Notes: generated by a model from the letters alone, not told the origin. A stretch of 64,000 nt of DNA from an uncultured Selenomonadaceae bacterium (GCA_905234235.1 CAJOHN010000008.1:97406-161405); one strand, 5' to 3'; shown: positions 1 through 10,070, counted from the first letter of the stretch. Numbers and translations: made by a program.

Positions 1-3
1 GCT

Positions 4-735
4 TTGATAACTTTTTTTGCGAGGATTCCGCGCAGAGTTTGCCCGTCGAAAGTTTTTGACGATAATAAAAGCCGCGTGACATTGCTTTATACCGACGTTA
101 TAGAAATTTCTCACGACCTCAATAAAACGTTGCAAGCCGAAACTTATCAAGAGATTGTTCGCAAATTTTTTAAGATTGACGGGCACGAAACGCCTAAATT
201 CCCCGTGAAAAATTCTCCCGTCGCCGATAAATTACTCGCCCGCCTTCCGCAAAAAAAATTTAAAATTGCGTTGTGTGTGAAGGGAACTTTTCCGCTCAAA
301 ACTTGGAGCAAAGAATATTTTGCTGAAGTTGTCCGCGAGCTGAGGAAAAAATATGACGCGGCATTTTTTATTGTCGGAGCACCAAACGATAGAGATTATG
401 CTGACGAAGTTATTGCGGAAATGGGCGGCGGCGTTGAAAATTTTTGTGGTAAGACTTCGCTGACTGACTTGGCAGAAATTTTTCGCCGCACAGATTTATT
501 TATTACCGTCGACACGGGAGCCACGCACATTGCCGCGACGACCGGCGTTAAAATGGTTACGGTTTACGGTTGCACGAGTCCCGACCGTTGGCACCCAATT
601 AATAAAAATGCCGTCGCCTTGACGAGCCGCGAGCCTTGTTGTCCTTGTACAAAAAAAACTTGCGATAACCCACTCTGCCTAAAAAATGTTACCCCCGCGC
701 AGGTTCTCGACGACGCGAGTAAATTTCTGGCTTAA
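4..735 (+). CDS. Glycosyltransferase family 9 (LPS heptosyltransferase-like), probably 5'-truncated by the window edge
   Basis: GT9 motifs KTWSKEYFAEV, GKTSLTDLA, FITVDTGATHIAA, YGCTSPDRWHP and a C-terminal CCPC..C..C. Confidence 0.85.
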   Translation: MITFFARIPRRVCPSKVFDDNKSRVTLLYTDVIEISHDLNKTLQAETYQEIVRKFFKIDGHETPKFPVKNSPVADKLLARLPQKKFKIALCVKGTFPLKTWSKEYFAEVVRELRKKYDAAFFIVGAPNDRDYADEVIAEMGGGVENFCGKTSLTDLAEIFRRTDLFITVDTGATHIAATTGVKMVTVYGCTSPDRWHPINKNAVALTSREPCCPCTKKTCDNPLCLKNVTPAQVLDDASKFLA

Positions 736-758
736 GATTTTTTATGCAGTACCGATAA
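732..758 (+). promoter_or_regulatory. Putative sigma-28 (FliA/SigD) promoter
   Basis: TTAA(732-735)-N15-ACCGATAA(751-758) versus consensus TAAA-N15-GCCGATAA. Confidence 0.5.
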
Positions 759-788
759 AGTTTGCAAAGACTTTCTAAATTCAAATCA

Positions 789-1193
789 ATGCTTTCTGAT
801 GAATTAACAGGCGTTGAAACATTTGATGACATGTGGAAATCGACGCTTGGGAATTATTTCGGGCAATCTTCGCAGATTTTTTATCATGTAGTGGACGCAT
901 CGAGCATTTCGCAGGAAGTTTGGACGCATAATGACTTTCCATACGAAAAATTTCTTACAAATGAAGTTGATGTGAGCGTTTTGAACTGGAAACCGACGCG
1001 CTTTAATCCTTCGCCAATTTACGGCTCGACGAGTGGAGGCACGATTATGGGATCGGACGAAGAAACTTTACGGCAAATCGAAGTTGAGCGCAAAAGAAAG
1101 TTGCAACGCAAGGAATTCAACGCTGAATTATTGGAGCAAGCACAAATTCAATATTTGCTGAATCGTGACTTGAACGAAAAACTTTTAGTGTAA
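789..1193 (+). CDS. Hypothetical protein with charged helical C-terminus (start uncertain: 762, 789 or 831)
   Basis: ORF fills the gap between two GT genes and is followed by a terminator; no family recognised. Confidence 0.55.
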   Translation: MLSDELTGVETFDDMWKSTLGNYFGQSSQIFYHVVDASSISQEVWTHNDFPYEKFLTNEVDVSVLNWKPTRFNPSPIYGSTSGGTIMGSDEETLRQIEVERKRKLQRKEFNAELLEQAQIQYLLNRDLNEKLLV

Positions 1194-1211
1194 GACAGTA
1201 AAAAGCCAAAA

Positions 1212-1243
1212 GCCTCTGATGTTTTCATCGGAGGTAATTTTTT
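1212..1243 (+). terminator. Rho-independent terminator
   Basis: GCCTCTGATG-TTTT-CATCGGAGGT hairpin followed by a T-run. Confidence 0.6.
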
Positions 1244-1304
1244 ATTGCGTCGAAATGTTTTTAGCGATAAAATTGCCCTCGAAAGAAGTTTAGAGGATAT
1301 TCCA

Positions 1305-2423
1305 ATGAAGATTTGCTTATTCATAAAAGATTTTGCCGTCGGGAAAAAATTTCTGCCTGACGGTCGCCCGACTAAAAGCGGCGCGGAAATTCACGGCGAA
1401 AATCACGCGCTCCAACTTATCAAACTCGGTCATCGCGTCACGATTTTTACCAAGAAAAAATTTTTCTTCACGGCGGCGCGAGAAAATTTGAACGGCATTG
1501 ATTTGGTAAGGTTGCACCCACCGATTCGTTGGTTGGAAATTTTTTTGCGCCTGCTTACAAGACACAGGGACATCGACGCGTTTTATATCATCGGGACGCC
1601 GAAATTTGCGGTGTGGGCAATTTTATTTGCTAAAATGTTCAAAAAACCCGTGACGTTGGCATTGACGGGTAAGGCGGAGATTTTTTCTGTTGATAATTGG
1701 CGGAATAAAATTTTTGCAAAGTGCACGCGTTACATTGCGACGACAAAAGAAATTCGCGACGGTTTTATTAAGAGCGGCGGCATTGCGCCCGAAAAAATTT
1801 CTATCTTGCCGCACGGTATCGACACAAATAAATTTCCCAAATCGAATCCTGCGCGGCGGCGTGAATTGAAAATTGCTTACGGCATTGAACCTGCGCGGAA
1901 AGTTTTATTGTTCTGCGCGAGGGTCGTCAAAGATAAGGGCGTCGACACGTTGCAGGACGTTTGGCGGATTTTGCATAAAAAATTCCCCGACGCGATTTTA
2001 TTTGTCGTAGGCGGCGGGATTAATGAACTGCTCGACGAACTGCGAAAAACTTCGGCTGAACTCGACGATTCAATCAAAGTTATCGGGGAAGTCGACGCGC
2101 CACAGGAATTTTATCAAATGGCGGACGTGTATATTTTCCCGTCGCGGCACGAGGGCTTACCGACATCGTTATTGGAGGCAATGGCGAGCGGACTTCCTGC
2201 AGTCACGAGCGACATAGGCGGTTGCGAGGACGTGATTGAAAATAATTTTAATGGCTACCGCGTGGATTCGGAGGACGCGGCAGCATTTGCGGAGAAAATT
2301 TCGATTCTGTTCAATGACGACGAGCGCAGGAAAATTTTCGGCGAACGAGCGGCTGAGTTGATTCGTGACACGTGCGATTTTTCGATTGTCGTGCCGAAAT
2401 TAGCAGAGATAATCGCGAGGTGA
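1305..2423 (+). CDS. Glycosyltransferase family 4
   Basis: GT4 motifs PHGIDT, KDKGVD, FPSRHEGLPTSLLEAMASGLP; ATG 1305 after GAGG. Confidence 0.9.
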   Translation: MKICLFIKDFAVGKKFLPDGRPTKSGAEIHGENHALQLIKLGHRVTIFTKKKFFFTAARENLNGIDLVRLHPPIRWLEIFLRLLTRHRDIDAFYIIGTPKFAVWAILFAKMFKKPVTLALTGKAEIFSVDNWRNKIFAKCTRYIATTKEIRDGFIKSGGIAPEKISILPHGIDTNKFPKSNPARRRELKIAYGIEPARKVLLFCARVVKDKGVDTLQDVWRILHKKFPDAILFVVGGGINELLDELRKTSAELDDSIKVIGEVDAPQEFYQMADVYIFPSRHEGLPTSLLEAMASGLPAVTSDIGGCEDVIENNFNGYRVDSEDAAAFAEKISILFNDDERRKIFGERAAELIRDTCDFSIVVPKLAEIIAR

Positions 2424-2427
2424 AGGA

Positions 2428-4152
2428 ATGAGCGATAAAAAAATTTTTGAGATGGCTGAGGCTTGCGGGATTTTTGATTTTGTCGGCGCGGAAGTTGATG
2501 CGGAAGAAGTTCCGACGGCGGGCAATTCGTTTTTCGATAAAAGTTTTTTCGGGACGCGAGTTTTGATATTAGCACCGCACCCCGACGACGAGATTAACAT
2601 TGCGGGCAATATGATTTTGACAATGGCGGCGGCGAAGGCTGAGATTTTTGTTGCGTATTCGACGAACGGCGACTTTGAAGTTTCTGCCGAGACCAGAGCT
2701 AAAGAGGCTGTCGACGCGTTGAAAATTTTGGGTGTGCCACGCGATAAAATTATTTTTCTCGGCTACGGCGACGGGCATAAACTTTCCGACACTCCGACAA
2801 AATCTCCGGCAGGGCACATTGAAACTTACGCGGCGGAAGGCTTTACTGATTACGCTAAAAAAACTTTCGGGCGACCCAGCCTCTATACCCGCGAAAATTT
2901 CAAGCGCGATTTGAAAAGCCTTATCCTCGAACTCCGCGCCAATATAATTTTTTGTGTCGACTTCGACAGCCACGCCGACCACCGCACGTTGTCGATTTTG
3001 TTTGAAGAAATTTTGGGCGAGATTTTATCCGAGCGCAACGATTATCATCCCGAAGTTTACAAAAAATTTGCTTACGCAACTGCTTTTACTGCCGCGCCCG
3101 ATTTTTACGCGCCGAATCTTTTGTCGACGCTTAAGCCCAAGCTCGGCGAGACTGATACTTACGACTTTGATTTTATCGACCGCGCAAATTATATTTGGGC
3201 AAATCGCGTGCGTTTCCCCGTCATGCAACATCAGACGATTCTGAAAAATAATCCGATTGCTGAGGCTGTCTTCGCGCACAAATCGCAACGTAACGAATGG
3301 AACGCTCTCCGCATTTTGAATTCAGACGAAATTTTTTTTGAACGGCGCACTGACAGCCAAAGTTTTTCCGCGAAAGTTACTGCGACATCCGGCGACGCCT
3401 CTAAGGTTCGCGACTTCAAAATTATCAACACAACCGACGTTACCGCCGCGCCCGCGCAGATTGATGATAACATTTGGCAAGGCGATAAAATTTTTTTTGA
3501 ATGGACGGAGCCCGCGCAGGTTCGGAGGATTATTATCTACGGCAACCCGCTGGACGATTCGCCAGCTAAAATTTCTTTGCGTCTCGAATTGGCTAATAAG
3601 CAAGCCGTCATTGACAAGGAAGGAATTTATTTAGATAATGTAAAAAATTTTAACGCGGAGCTTCCTAGTCGCGGGCGTCCGTTAGTGATTGACGTTGAGA
3701 AAATTTTTGTGACGCGGGCTGAAATTTCGGCTGTCGACGTCGGGAAAAATTTTGGACTGGCGGAGGTGGAGTTCTTCGCCAATGCCGAGCCCTTACATAA
3801 ACTTCCGCCGTTCATAAAACTCACTGTCGACGACAATTTTATTTACCGCTACGCCGTGCCTTACGAAGTCGAGAAAATTTCTGTCGGGCTGTATCGCTTC
3901 AACGTCAGCGCGCCCGTTAAAGTCACTGCCCTCGCCGATAACGAAAAAATTTTGTCGGAAATTATTGATGATGAATTGATTCTAAACTTCGGCGGCGCGA
4001 CTGAAATTATTTTGACGGCGGAAGTTATCGGTTCGGATATTTACGACCGCGCAATTATTCGGCGTGTTGGAGATTTCGCGCAGATTCAACTGAAAATTTG
4101 GCAGTGGCTCGACAAGTTACGGGTTCACAAAATCAGGAAGGTCGACAGATGA
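2428..4152 (+). CDS. PIG-L/LmbE family deacetylase with C-terminal beta-rich domains
   Basis: LILAPHPDDE, STNGD, FLGYGD and DSHADH zinc motifs. Confidence 0.85.
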   Translation: MSDKKIFEMAEACGIFDFVGAEVDAEEVPTAGNSFFDKSFFGTRVLILAPHPDDEINIAGNMILTMAAAKAEIFVAYSTNGDFEVSAETRAKEAVDALKILGVPRDKIIFLGYGDGHKLSDTPTKSPAGHIETYAAEGFTDYAKKTFGRPSLYTRENFKRDLKSLILELRANIIFCVDFDSHADHRTLSILFEEILGEILSERNDYHPEVYKKFAYATAFTAAPDFYAPNLLSTLKPKLGETDTYDFDFIDRANYIWANRVRFPVMQHQTILKNNPIAEAVFAHKSQRNEWNALRILNSDEIFFERRTDSQSFSAKVTATSGDASKVRDFKIINTTDVTAAPAQIDDNIWQGDKIFFEWTEPAQVRRIIIYGNPLDDSPAKISLRLELANKQAVIDKEGIYLDNVKNFNAELPSRGRPLVIDVEKIFVTRAEISAVDVGKNFGLAEVEFFANAEPLHKLPPFIKLTVDDNFIYRYAVPYEVEKISVGLYRFNVSAPVKVTALADNEKILSEIIDDELILNFGGATEIILTAEVIGSDIYDRAIIRRVGDFAQIQLKIWQWLDKLRVHKIRKVDR

Positions 4153-4763
4153 AAGTTTTAACGATTAACGAGGAGCTTTTTATCGGGGCGGGCGGGCATC
4201 AAGCGACGTACATTCACCCGATTGATAAGACTAAGTGCATAAAAATTCCGCACATGAAGGACGACGGCGACGTTCGCAAAGAAATGCGCTATCGGAAAAT
4301 CTGCGCGGCGAAGTTAGAAAAGTCGCGGCTCGTGACTGAATTTTTCGGGACGGTTGAAACAAATCTTGGGCTCGGCTATGTTTTTGAACGCGTGATTGAT
4401 TACAACGGCAAGACCAGCCAAGATTTGAAAAATTTTTTGCCGAAGACTAAACCCGATGCAAAAACTCTTCAACGAATCTGGACAATCCTGCTGAATTTCA
4501 AATCGGACTTCCTGCACGAAAATATCGCGATAGTCGACTCGGACATAGAAAATTTTATGGTGCAAGAGCATTCGCCGGGAGCGTATCGAGTGCGAATCGT
4601 CGACAATATCGGCACGCCCGTTTTAATCCCGTTAGTCTACTGGTTTGAATTTGCGGCGGCTTGGAAGGCGAAGCGTCGTTGGAATAAACTCGTTGATTCA
4701 TTTGCGGCGGATTACCCCGAAATAATTTTGCCGGAGTTCGCCGCACAACTTAAGGAGAAATAA
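4149..4763 (+). CDS. YrbL family kinase-like protein
   Basis: IGAGGHQATYIHP..KCIKI, GTVETNLGLGYVFERV, IVDNIG; ATG overlaps the upstream stop. Confidence 0.75.
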   Translation: MKVLTINEELFIGAGGHQATYIHPIDKTKCIKIPHMKDDGDVRKEMRYRKICAAKLEKSRLVTEFFGTVETNLGLGYVFERVIDYNGKTSQDLKNFLPKTKPDAKTLQRIWTILLNFKSDFLHENIAIVDSDIENFMVQEHSPGAYRVRIVDNIGTPVLIPLVYWFEFAAAWKAKRRWNKLVDSFAADYPEIILPEFAAQLKEK

Positions 4764-4766
4764 ATC

Positions 4767-5960
4767 ATGCCGATAAAAATTTCACTCGACGCGGCGATGT
4801 ATCAAGTCGTATTGCTGTTGGCGTTCGCGGTGCCATTATCAACAGCCTTAGCGAGTGTCGCCGTCGCAGTCGGGACGTTGTTAATAATTGTTTGGTCTGT
4901 GCGAAATAAATCTTTGCCGCAATTCGACGCGAAAATTTTGGGAGTGTTAGCGGTTTATTTATTGTTGCAAAGTTTTATCGCGCTGATGTCCGGCGAACCG
5001 TTGACGAGTTTCCGCGAAGTCTTTGGCGAGTTGCATAGATTTTTCCCACTGATATTTGCGATGACGTTCATAAAAAAACAACAGCAACTTTGCGGCGTCT
5101 TAATCGCGTCGATGTTGGCGTTCCTTATAAACGACGTGGCGGGCATATGGCAATATTTTGTACTCGGCGAGCCGCGAGCTTCGGGCTTCAACAATTCGCC
5201 GACGGCTTACGGTCCGTTTGTATTAATGCAGTTGCCGGTGTTGATTTATATCGTTCAGCTGAAAATAATGCCGACGCTTTGGCGCAGGATTTCCTTATTG
5301 GCGGTCGGCGCAACGTTGATAGCGTTAATCTTGTCGATGACGCGCGCATCTTGGCTGGCATTTATCGCCATGATAATGATCTTCGTCGCCTTGCATAAAA
5401 ATTATCGCCGCGTGACTGCAAAAATCTGCGCGGGCTTGGCGGTAATATTTTTAATCACCGTGCCGATTTCGCCGAACATCCAAGAGAGGCTCTCAACTTT
5501 TATCGATTTAAAATTCCAAAGCAACAGCGAACGCGTGTTAATGTGGAAGTCTTCTTGGGAAATTTTTAAGGACAATCCGATTCACGGCGTCGGGCAAGAA
5601 ATGTTCGTCAAAGTTTACAACGGGCAATACATTTCGCCGGAAGCAAAGGAGCGTACCAATGAGAAACGTCGTGGGCATTCGCAAGCGCATAATAATTTTT
5701 TGAACGTGGCGTGCGAGAGAGGATTAATCGGCTTGGCGGCGTTTATCGGGCTGTATTCGTATTTTTTTTGGAAATTTTTTACTCAGCTGAAACGCGAAAA
5801 GGAATTTGCATTCGGCGCGGGGACGGCGGCATTTTTAATTCTCGCCGCGCTGATGATTGAGGGCTTGATGAACACTTACACGAACATGACTTCGATAATG
5901 CGCGAATTTTGGTTGTTATCGGGCGTGATGATTGCGGCGGAGAATGTATCTAAGAGGTGA
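4767..5960 (+). CDS. waaL: O-antigen ligase family protein
   Basis: Multi-TM protein with SMTRASW, ERVLMWKSS..DNPIHGVG and AHNNFLNV..ERGLIG motifs. Confidence 0.85.
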   Translation: MPIKISLDAAMYQVVLLLAFAVPLSTALASVAVAVGTLLIIVWSVRNKSLPQFDAKILGVLAVYLLLQSFIALMSGEPLTSFREVFGELHRFFPLIFAMTFIKKQQQLCGVLIASMLAFLINDVAGIWQYFVLGEPRASGFNNSPTAYGPFVLMQLPVLIYIVQLKIMPTLWRRISLLAVGATLIALILSMTRASWLAFIAMIMIFVALHKNYRRVTAKICAGLAVIFLITVPISPNIQERLSTFIDLKFQSNSERVLMWKSSWEIFKDNPIHGVGQEMFVKVYNGQYISPEAKERTNEKRRGHSQAHNNFLNVACERGLIGLAAFIGLYSYFFWKFFTQLKREKEFAFGAGTAAFLILAALMIEGLMNTYTNMTSIMREFWLLSGVMIAAENVSKR

Positions 5961-5966
5961 GACTTT

Positions 5967-6731
5967 TTGACGATAGACGAAAAAATTTTTGAGGCTCCCG
6001 AAGGCGAGGAGTGGGTTGACGCGCCTTTAAGCGACGAACGGCGGGCGGCATTGGAAGAATTTGCGGAGAAACTCGGCGTGAAATTTTTGCACATTGAAAC
6101 TCTCGACGTTGCCTTGACGCATAAATCATACGCTAACGAATTTGAGCCGCGCATAAAGTACAACGAACGCTTGGAATTTTTAGGCGACGCGGTATTGGGC
6201 TTGGCGGCGGCGACGTATCTTTTCGAGAACTTCACGCACTTAAAAGAAGGCGAACTGACTAAGACGCGTTCTGGGATTGTTCGGCAGTCGACACTTACAC
6301 GCATTGCAAAGGAGATTGGGCTTGGTGAATTGATATTGTTCGGACCGACGGAATTTCCTTTTGGGCGCAATCGCGATTCAAATTTAGAGGACGCGTTGGA
6401 GGCGGTTATCGGCGCGATTTATTTTGATTTAGGCTGGGAAGTTGCCCGCGATTATGTTTTTCGACAGTTCGGAGCCGAGTTTGAGCGCGTCAAAGTTACG
6501 GGCATTCCTAAGGATTACAAAAGCAAGTTGCAGGAAATTATTCAGAGTCGTCCGCCGAGCAAAGTTTCATACGCTGAGCTTAGTGCGAGCGGACCGGATC
6601 ATAATCGGACGTTCGTAGCGGCGGCATTGATTGACGGGAAAATTTTCGGGCGCGGAGTTGGGCGCAGTAAAAAAGCCGCTGAACAGGAAGCGGCAAGAAA
6701 AGCTCTCCAGAAGTTGGGCGAACTTGGTTAA
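5967..6731 (+). CDS. rnc: Ribonuclease III
   Basis: NERLEFLGDAVLGL signature and C-terminal dsRBD (GRSKKAAEQEAA). Confidence 0.97.
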   Translation: MTIDEKIFEAPEGEEWVDAPLSDERRAALEEFAEKLGVKFLHIETLDVALTHKSYANEFEPRIKYNERLEFLGDAVLGLAAATYLFENFTHLKEGELTKTRSGIVRQSTLTRIAKEIGLGELILFGPTEFPFGRNRDSNLEDALEAVIGAIYFDLGWEVARDYVFRQFGAEFERVKVTGIPKDYKSKLQEIIQSRPPSKVSYAELSASGPDHNRTFVAAALIDGKIFGRGVGRSKKAAEQEAARKALQKLGELG

Positions 6732-7705
6732 TAATTTTCAAAGTCGGCGGCGATATGCTTGCCGATAATTTTTTTTATTCTGCTAAGGGGATAAGGAAGT
6801 TCGTAGTCGTTGAAGTAGCCGATTTCGACAATGCGAGCCTGCGCAACTTCGTTACTCCTTCCGGCGGGAACATCAACCACGTCGCCGACAGCGAGCGTCT
6901 CGTCATCGGTGCGGTAAGTGTAAGGCTTGTAACTTTCTTTGAAGCGGACTTTGCAGAGAATATATTTACTTCGCGGCGGCTCAATTTCTGTTGGCAACGG
7001 ACAAAAAATTTTAGCCGTCAAATCGTCCGCGCAGGTTTGAATTTCTTCGATAAAATTCATAAGACCCGGCAAAAAATTTTCGTTGTAAAGCGTCTCAAAA
7101 GTTTCAGCCGAACCGTCGTGGCGAACAATTTCAATCTTTGCCTGCGAACTGAAATTTGAATCGGCGAGTTCAATTTCATCAAGGATACTTTGGCAGCTGT
7201 CGAAGAATTTTTTAATGTCATCGCCCGCGTCGTAAATGTGGCTGGAATTTTTTTTATCAATCGTCAAAGTTTTATCGCGGCGGTCAAGCGTCAAACTTTC
7301 CTCCGAATAGTTCAGCGTAAATTTTTCAAGGCGGTTGCTGTTGATGAACTCCAATTCAGGAGCCAAATCGTTAAGCCAATCCAAAAGTTGCTCCCAATTT
7401 TTTGGATAAGCTCCCGCGCCTTGCCCGCGATAAATTTTTTTGCCGTCATTGAAAAGCAATTCCCAACGCGTTTCAGCCGGAGCTTCGGACGAATAATTTT
7501 TCTCCCATGAAAAAATTTCAAGCGCGTCGAGTTCGTTAAGCTGTTCGGTAGAAATTTTAACGACGGGAGAAATTTTTTTATCCACGTCAAGCAAGCCGCT
7601 CCGCAAAATTTTATACGACGCCGAACTACCCTTGATAAAAATTTCAATCGTCTTGTAACCAATCGTCGCGCTACCAATCGTGAACTTTAAATATCGCGCC
7701 ATCAT
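6728..7705 (-). CDS. Hypothetical protein
   Basis: 325-aa ORF overlapping the SIMPL gene stop; family not recognised. Confidence 0.7.
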   Translation of the reverse strand: MMARYLKFTIGSATIGYKTIEIFIKGSSASYKILRSGLLDVDKKISPVVKISTEQLNELDALEIFSWEKNYSSEAPAETRWELLFNDGKKIYRGQGAGAYPKNWEQLLDWLNDLAPELEFINSNRLEKFTLNYSEESLTLDRRDKTLTIDKKNSSHIYDAGDDIKKFFDSCQSILDEIELADSNFSSQAKIEIVRHDGSAETFETLYNENFLPGLMNFIEEIQTCADDLTAKIFCPLPTEIEPPRSKYILCKVRFKESYKPYTYRTDDETLAVGDVVDVPAGRSNEVAQARIVEIGYFNDYELPYPLSRIKKIIGKHIAADFENY

Positions 7706-8361
7706 TCAATCTCCCATAAGAAATCTACAGTGTCGATAGCTTTAATCTCTTCGGGCTGGAAGTTGAACGAATTTTTATCGGCGGGAGCGCACGCGCCACA
7801 TACAATCGTTTCACGAGCGGCGACTTCATCCCAAGAATAATTTATTTCGAGGAGCTTGCCGAGCTTAACGCCCGATGCCGCGCAGAGAATTCTAGCTTTA
7901 CGTTTGGCGTCTCTGGCGGCGGTCTTTAAAATCTTGTCGTTGAAATCGTCGGCGTCCTTTATCGCAAATGCAATGGAAATTTTCGGCTGAGATAAACTGG
8001 CGGCTATCGCGTCGACGGCGGCATTTAATTTATCGTTATCGAAATCAAAAGTCAGCCGCAAATCGTGGTGACATTCAAAACCGATAAAAATTTGCCGCGA
8101 ACGTTTAAAGTTACCGTCGCGATATTCTTCGTCCTCGTAAGCCGAACGCACATCAAAATTAATCGTCTTTAAGTCTTCGGCTTTGAAACCGGCTTCGACA
8201 ATCGTATCGCGGAGCACTTCGACTTGCTGACTTCCGATTTTCATTGCGGCGGAGTATTCGCTGTTCTGCGCGGTCAAACTCAGCGACAAAACGACTTGGT
8301 CGGGAATCTGCGCGGCGTGCCCCGTCCCTCTGATGTGAATGGTGCGTTTTTCTTCCGTCAT
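7702..8361 (-). CDS. SIMPL (DUF541) domain protein
   Basis: TIHIRGTGH...PDQ and AARDAKRKA..A.GVKLGKLLEI pattern; GGAGG RBS before ATG 8361. Confidence 0.85.
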   Translation of the reverse strand: MTEEKRTIHIRGTGHAAQIPDQVVLSLSLTAQNSEYSAAMKIGSQQVEVLRDTIVEAGFKAEDLKTINFDVRSAYEDEEYRDGNFKRSRQIFIGFECHHDLRLTFDFDNDKLNAAVDAIAASLSQPKISIAFAIKDADDFNDKILKTAARDAKRKARILCAASGVKLGKLLEINYSWDEVAARETIVCGACAPADKNSFNFQPEEIKAIDTVDFLWEIE

Positions 8362-8416
8362 AAAATTGCCTCCTTTTCTCGCGCTAAAATTCCACAAAAA
8401 TTTTTCACGCCCTGCT

Positions 8417-8445
8417 TTGACATGACATAAAAATTATTCTAAACT
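8417..8445 (+). promoter_or_regulatory. Sigma-70/SigA promoter of prfC
   Basis: TTGACA-N17-TAAACT. Confidence 0.7.
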
Positions 8446-8477
8446 TCAAGCAGATAATTGAAGGGAGCCAAAGAATT

Positions 8478-10070
8478 TTGACACTGACTGAAGAAATACA
8501 AAAGCGGCGGACGTTCGCGATAATCTCGCACCCCGACGCGGGTAAGACGACGCTTACAGAAAAACTTTTACTTTACGGCGGCGCGATTCACTTGGCGGGC
8601 TCGATAAAGTCTCGTAAAACTCAACGCCACGCCGTCAGCGATTGGATGGAGATTGAAAAGCAACGCGGCATTTCCGTTACGAGTTCGGTTTTGCAATTCG
8701 ACTACGCGGATTGCCGAATTAATATCCTCGACACGCCCGGGCACCAAGATTTTTCGGAGGATACTTATCGGACGTTAATGGCGGTTGACAGCGCGGTTAT
8801 GATTTTGGACGCGGCTAAGGGCGTTGAGGCGCAAACTAAAAAATTGTTCAAAGTTTGTCGCGAACGTCGCATACCGATTTTTACTTTTATCAACAAACTC
8901 GACCGCTATGGCAAAATTCCGCTTGATTTGCTTGACGAGATTGAGAAAGTTTTAGGCATTCCGACTTACCCGATGAACTTTCCGATTGGTACCGACGGCA
9001 AATATTTGGGCGTTTATGACAGGCAAAAGAATCGAATTGAACTTTTCGCTGACGATACGACGCACGGGCAGAAGGAACGCGCTTCAGAAATTTTTGCGGC
9101 GGATGATTCGGCGGTTATCGCGAGAATCGGGCAAGAAAATTTTGACGCGTTGCAAGATGATTTGATGTTATTGAACGAGGCGGGTGAAGTTTTTGATAAG
9201 GCTAAGATTGACGCGGGCGATTTGACGCCGACATTTTTTGGTTCAGCGATGACGAATTTTGGCGTGCAGAATTTTTTGGAGGAATATTTAAGGCTTGCGC
9301 CGCCGCCCACCCCGCGCATTTCAAGCGACGGAATTATTGAGCCCGAAGATGAAAAATTTTCGGCGTTCGTGTTCAAGATTCAAGCCAATATGAATCCCGC
9401 GCACCGCGACCGGTTAGCGTTCATAAGGATTTGTTCAGGGAAATTCGAGCGCAACATGACGGTATGGCACGCGCCGACTGATAAGCTTGTCAAGCTCGCG
9501 CAACCTCAACAATTTTTAGCGCAGGACAGGCAGATAATCGACGAGGCATTTCCGGGCGACATCGTAGGGTTATTTGATTCGGGGATATTTGGGATTGGCG
9601 ACACTTTAACTGACGCCGCGCATAAATTTAAGTTTGAAGACTTCCCGACGTTCCCGCCGGAGAAATTTGCGCGCGTGCAGGCTAAGGATACCATGAAACG
9701 CAAACAATTCGCCAAAGGCATTGACCAGTTGACGCAGGAAGGCGCGATTCAGTTATTCAATCAAGTTGGCGCGGGCACGGAGTCTTACGTCGTCGGGACA
9801 GTCGGCACGTTGCAATTTGAAGTTCTTCAGTATCGTTTAAAATCGGAGTATGGCGTCGATATTCTGATGACGATGTTGCCGTTTGAAGTGGCGCGTTGGC
9901 TAAAATTTAATGACGGCGCGAAAGTTACTCCTGCGAGTCTGCGCGGAGCCGATAGAGGAATGTTTGTGCTTGACCGCGCAGATAATCCCGTGTTGCTTGT
10001 CGAAAACGAATGGGCTTTGGGCTGGATAAGCGATAATAATCCTAAGCTTGAAATGAGTGCGACACCTTAA
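8478..10070 (+). CDS. prfC: Peptide chain release factor 3
   Basis: RRTFAIISHPDAGKTT, SDWMEIEKQRGISV, DTPGHQDFSEDTYR. Confidence 0.98.
   Translation: MTLTEEIQKRRTFAIISHPDAGKTTLTEKLLLYGGAIHLAGSIKSRKTQRHAVSDWMEIEKQRGISVTSSVLQFDYADCRINILDTPGHQDFSEDTYRTLMAVDSAVMILDAAKGVEAQTKKLFKVCRERRIPIFTFINKLDRYGKIPLDLLDEIEKVLGIPTYPMNFPIGTDGKYLGVYDRQKNRIELFADDTTHGQKERASEIFAADDSAVIARIGQENFDALQDDLMLLNEAGEVFDKAKIDAGDLTPTFFGSAMTNFGVQNFLEEYLRLAPPPTPRISSDGIIEPEDEKFSAFVFKIQANMNPAHRDRLAFIRICSGKFERNMTVWHAPTDKLVKLAQPQQFLAQDRQIIDEAFPGDIVGLFDSGIFGIGDTLTDAAHKFKFEDFPTFPPEKFARVQAKDTMKRKQFAKGIDQLTQEGAIQLFNQVGAGTESYVVGTVGTLQFEVLQYRLKSEYGVDILMTMLPFEVARWLKFNDGAKVTPASLRGADRGMFVLDRADNPVLLVENEWALGWISDNNPKLEMSATP

Noticed and set aside
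5967..6045. Acidic N-terminal extension on RNase III
   Set aside because: The start codon is uncertain and short extensions are common; not enough evidence of significance
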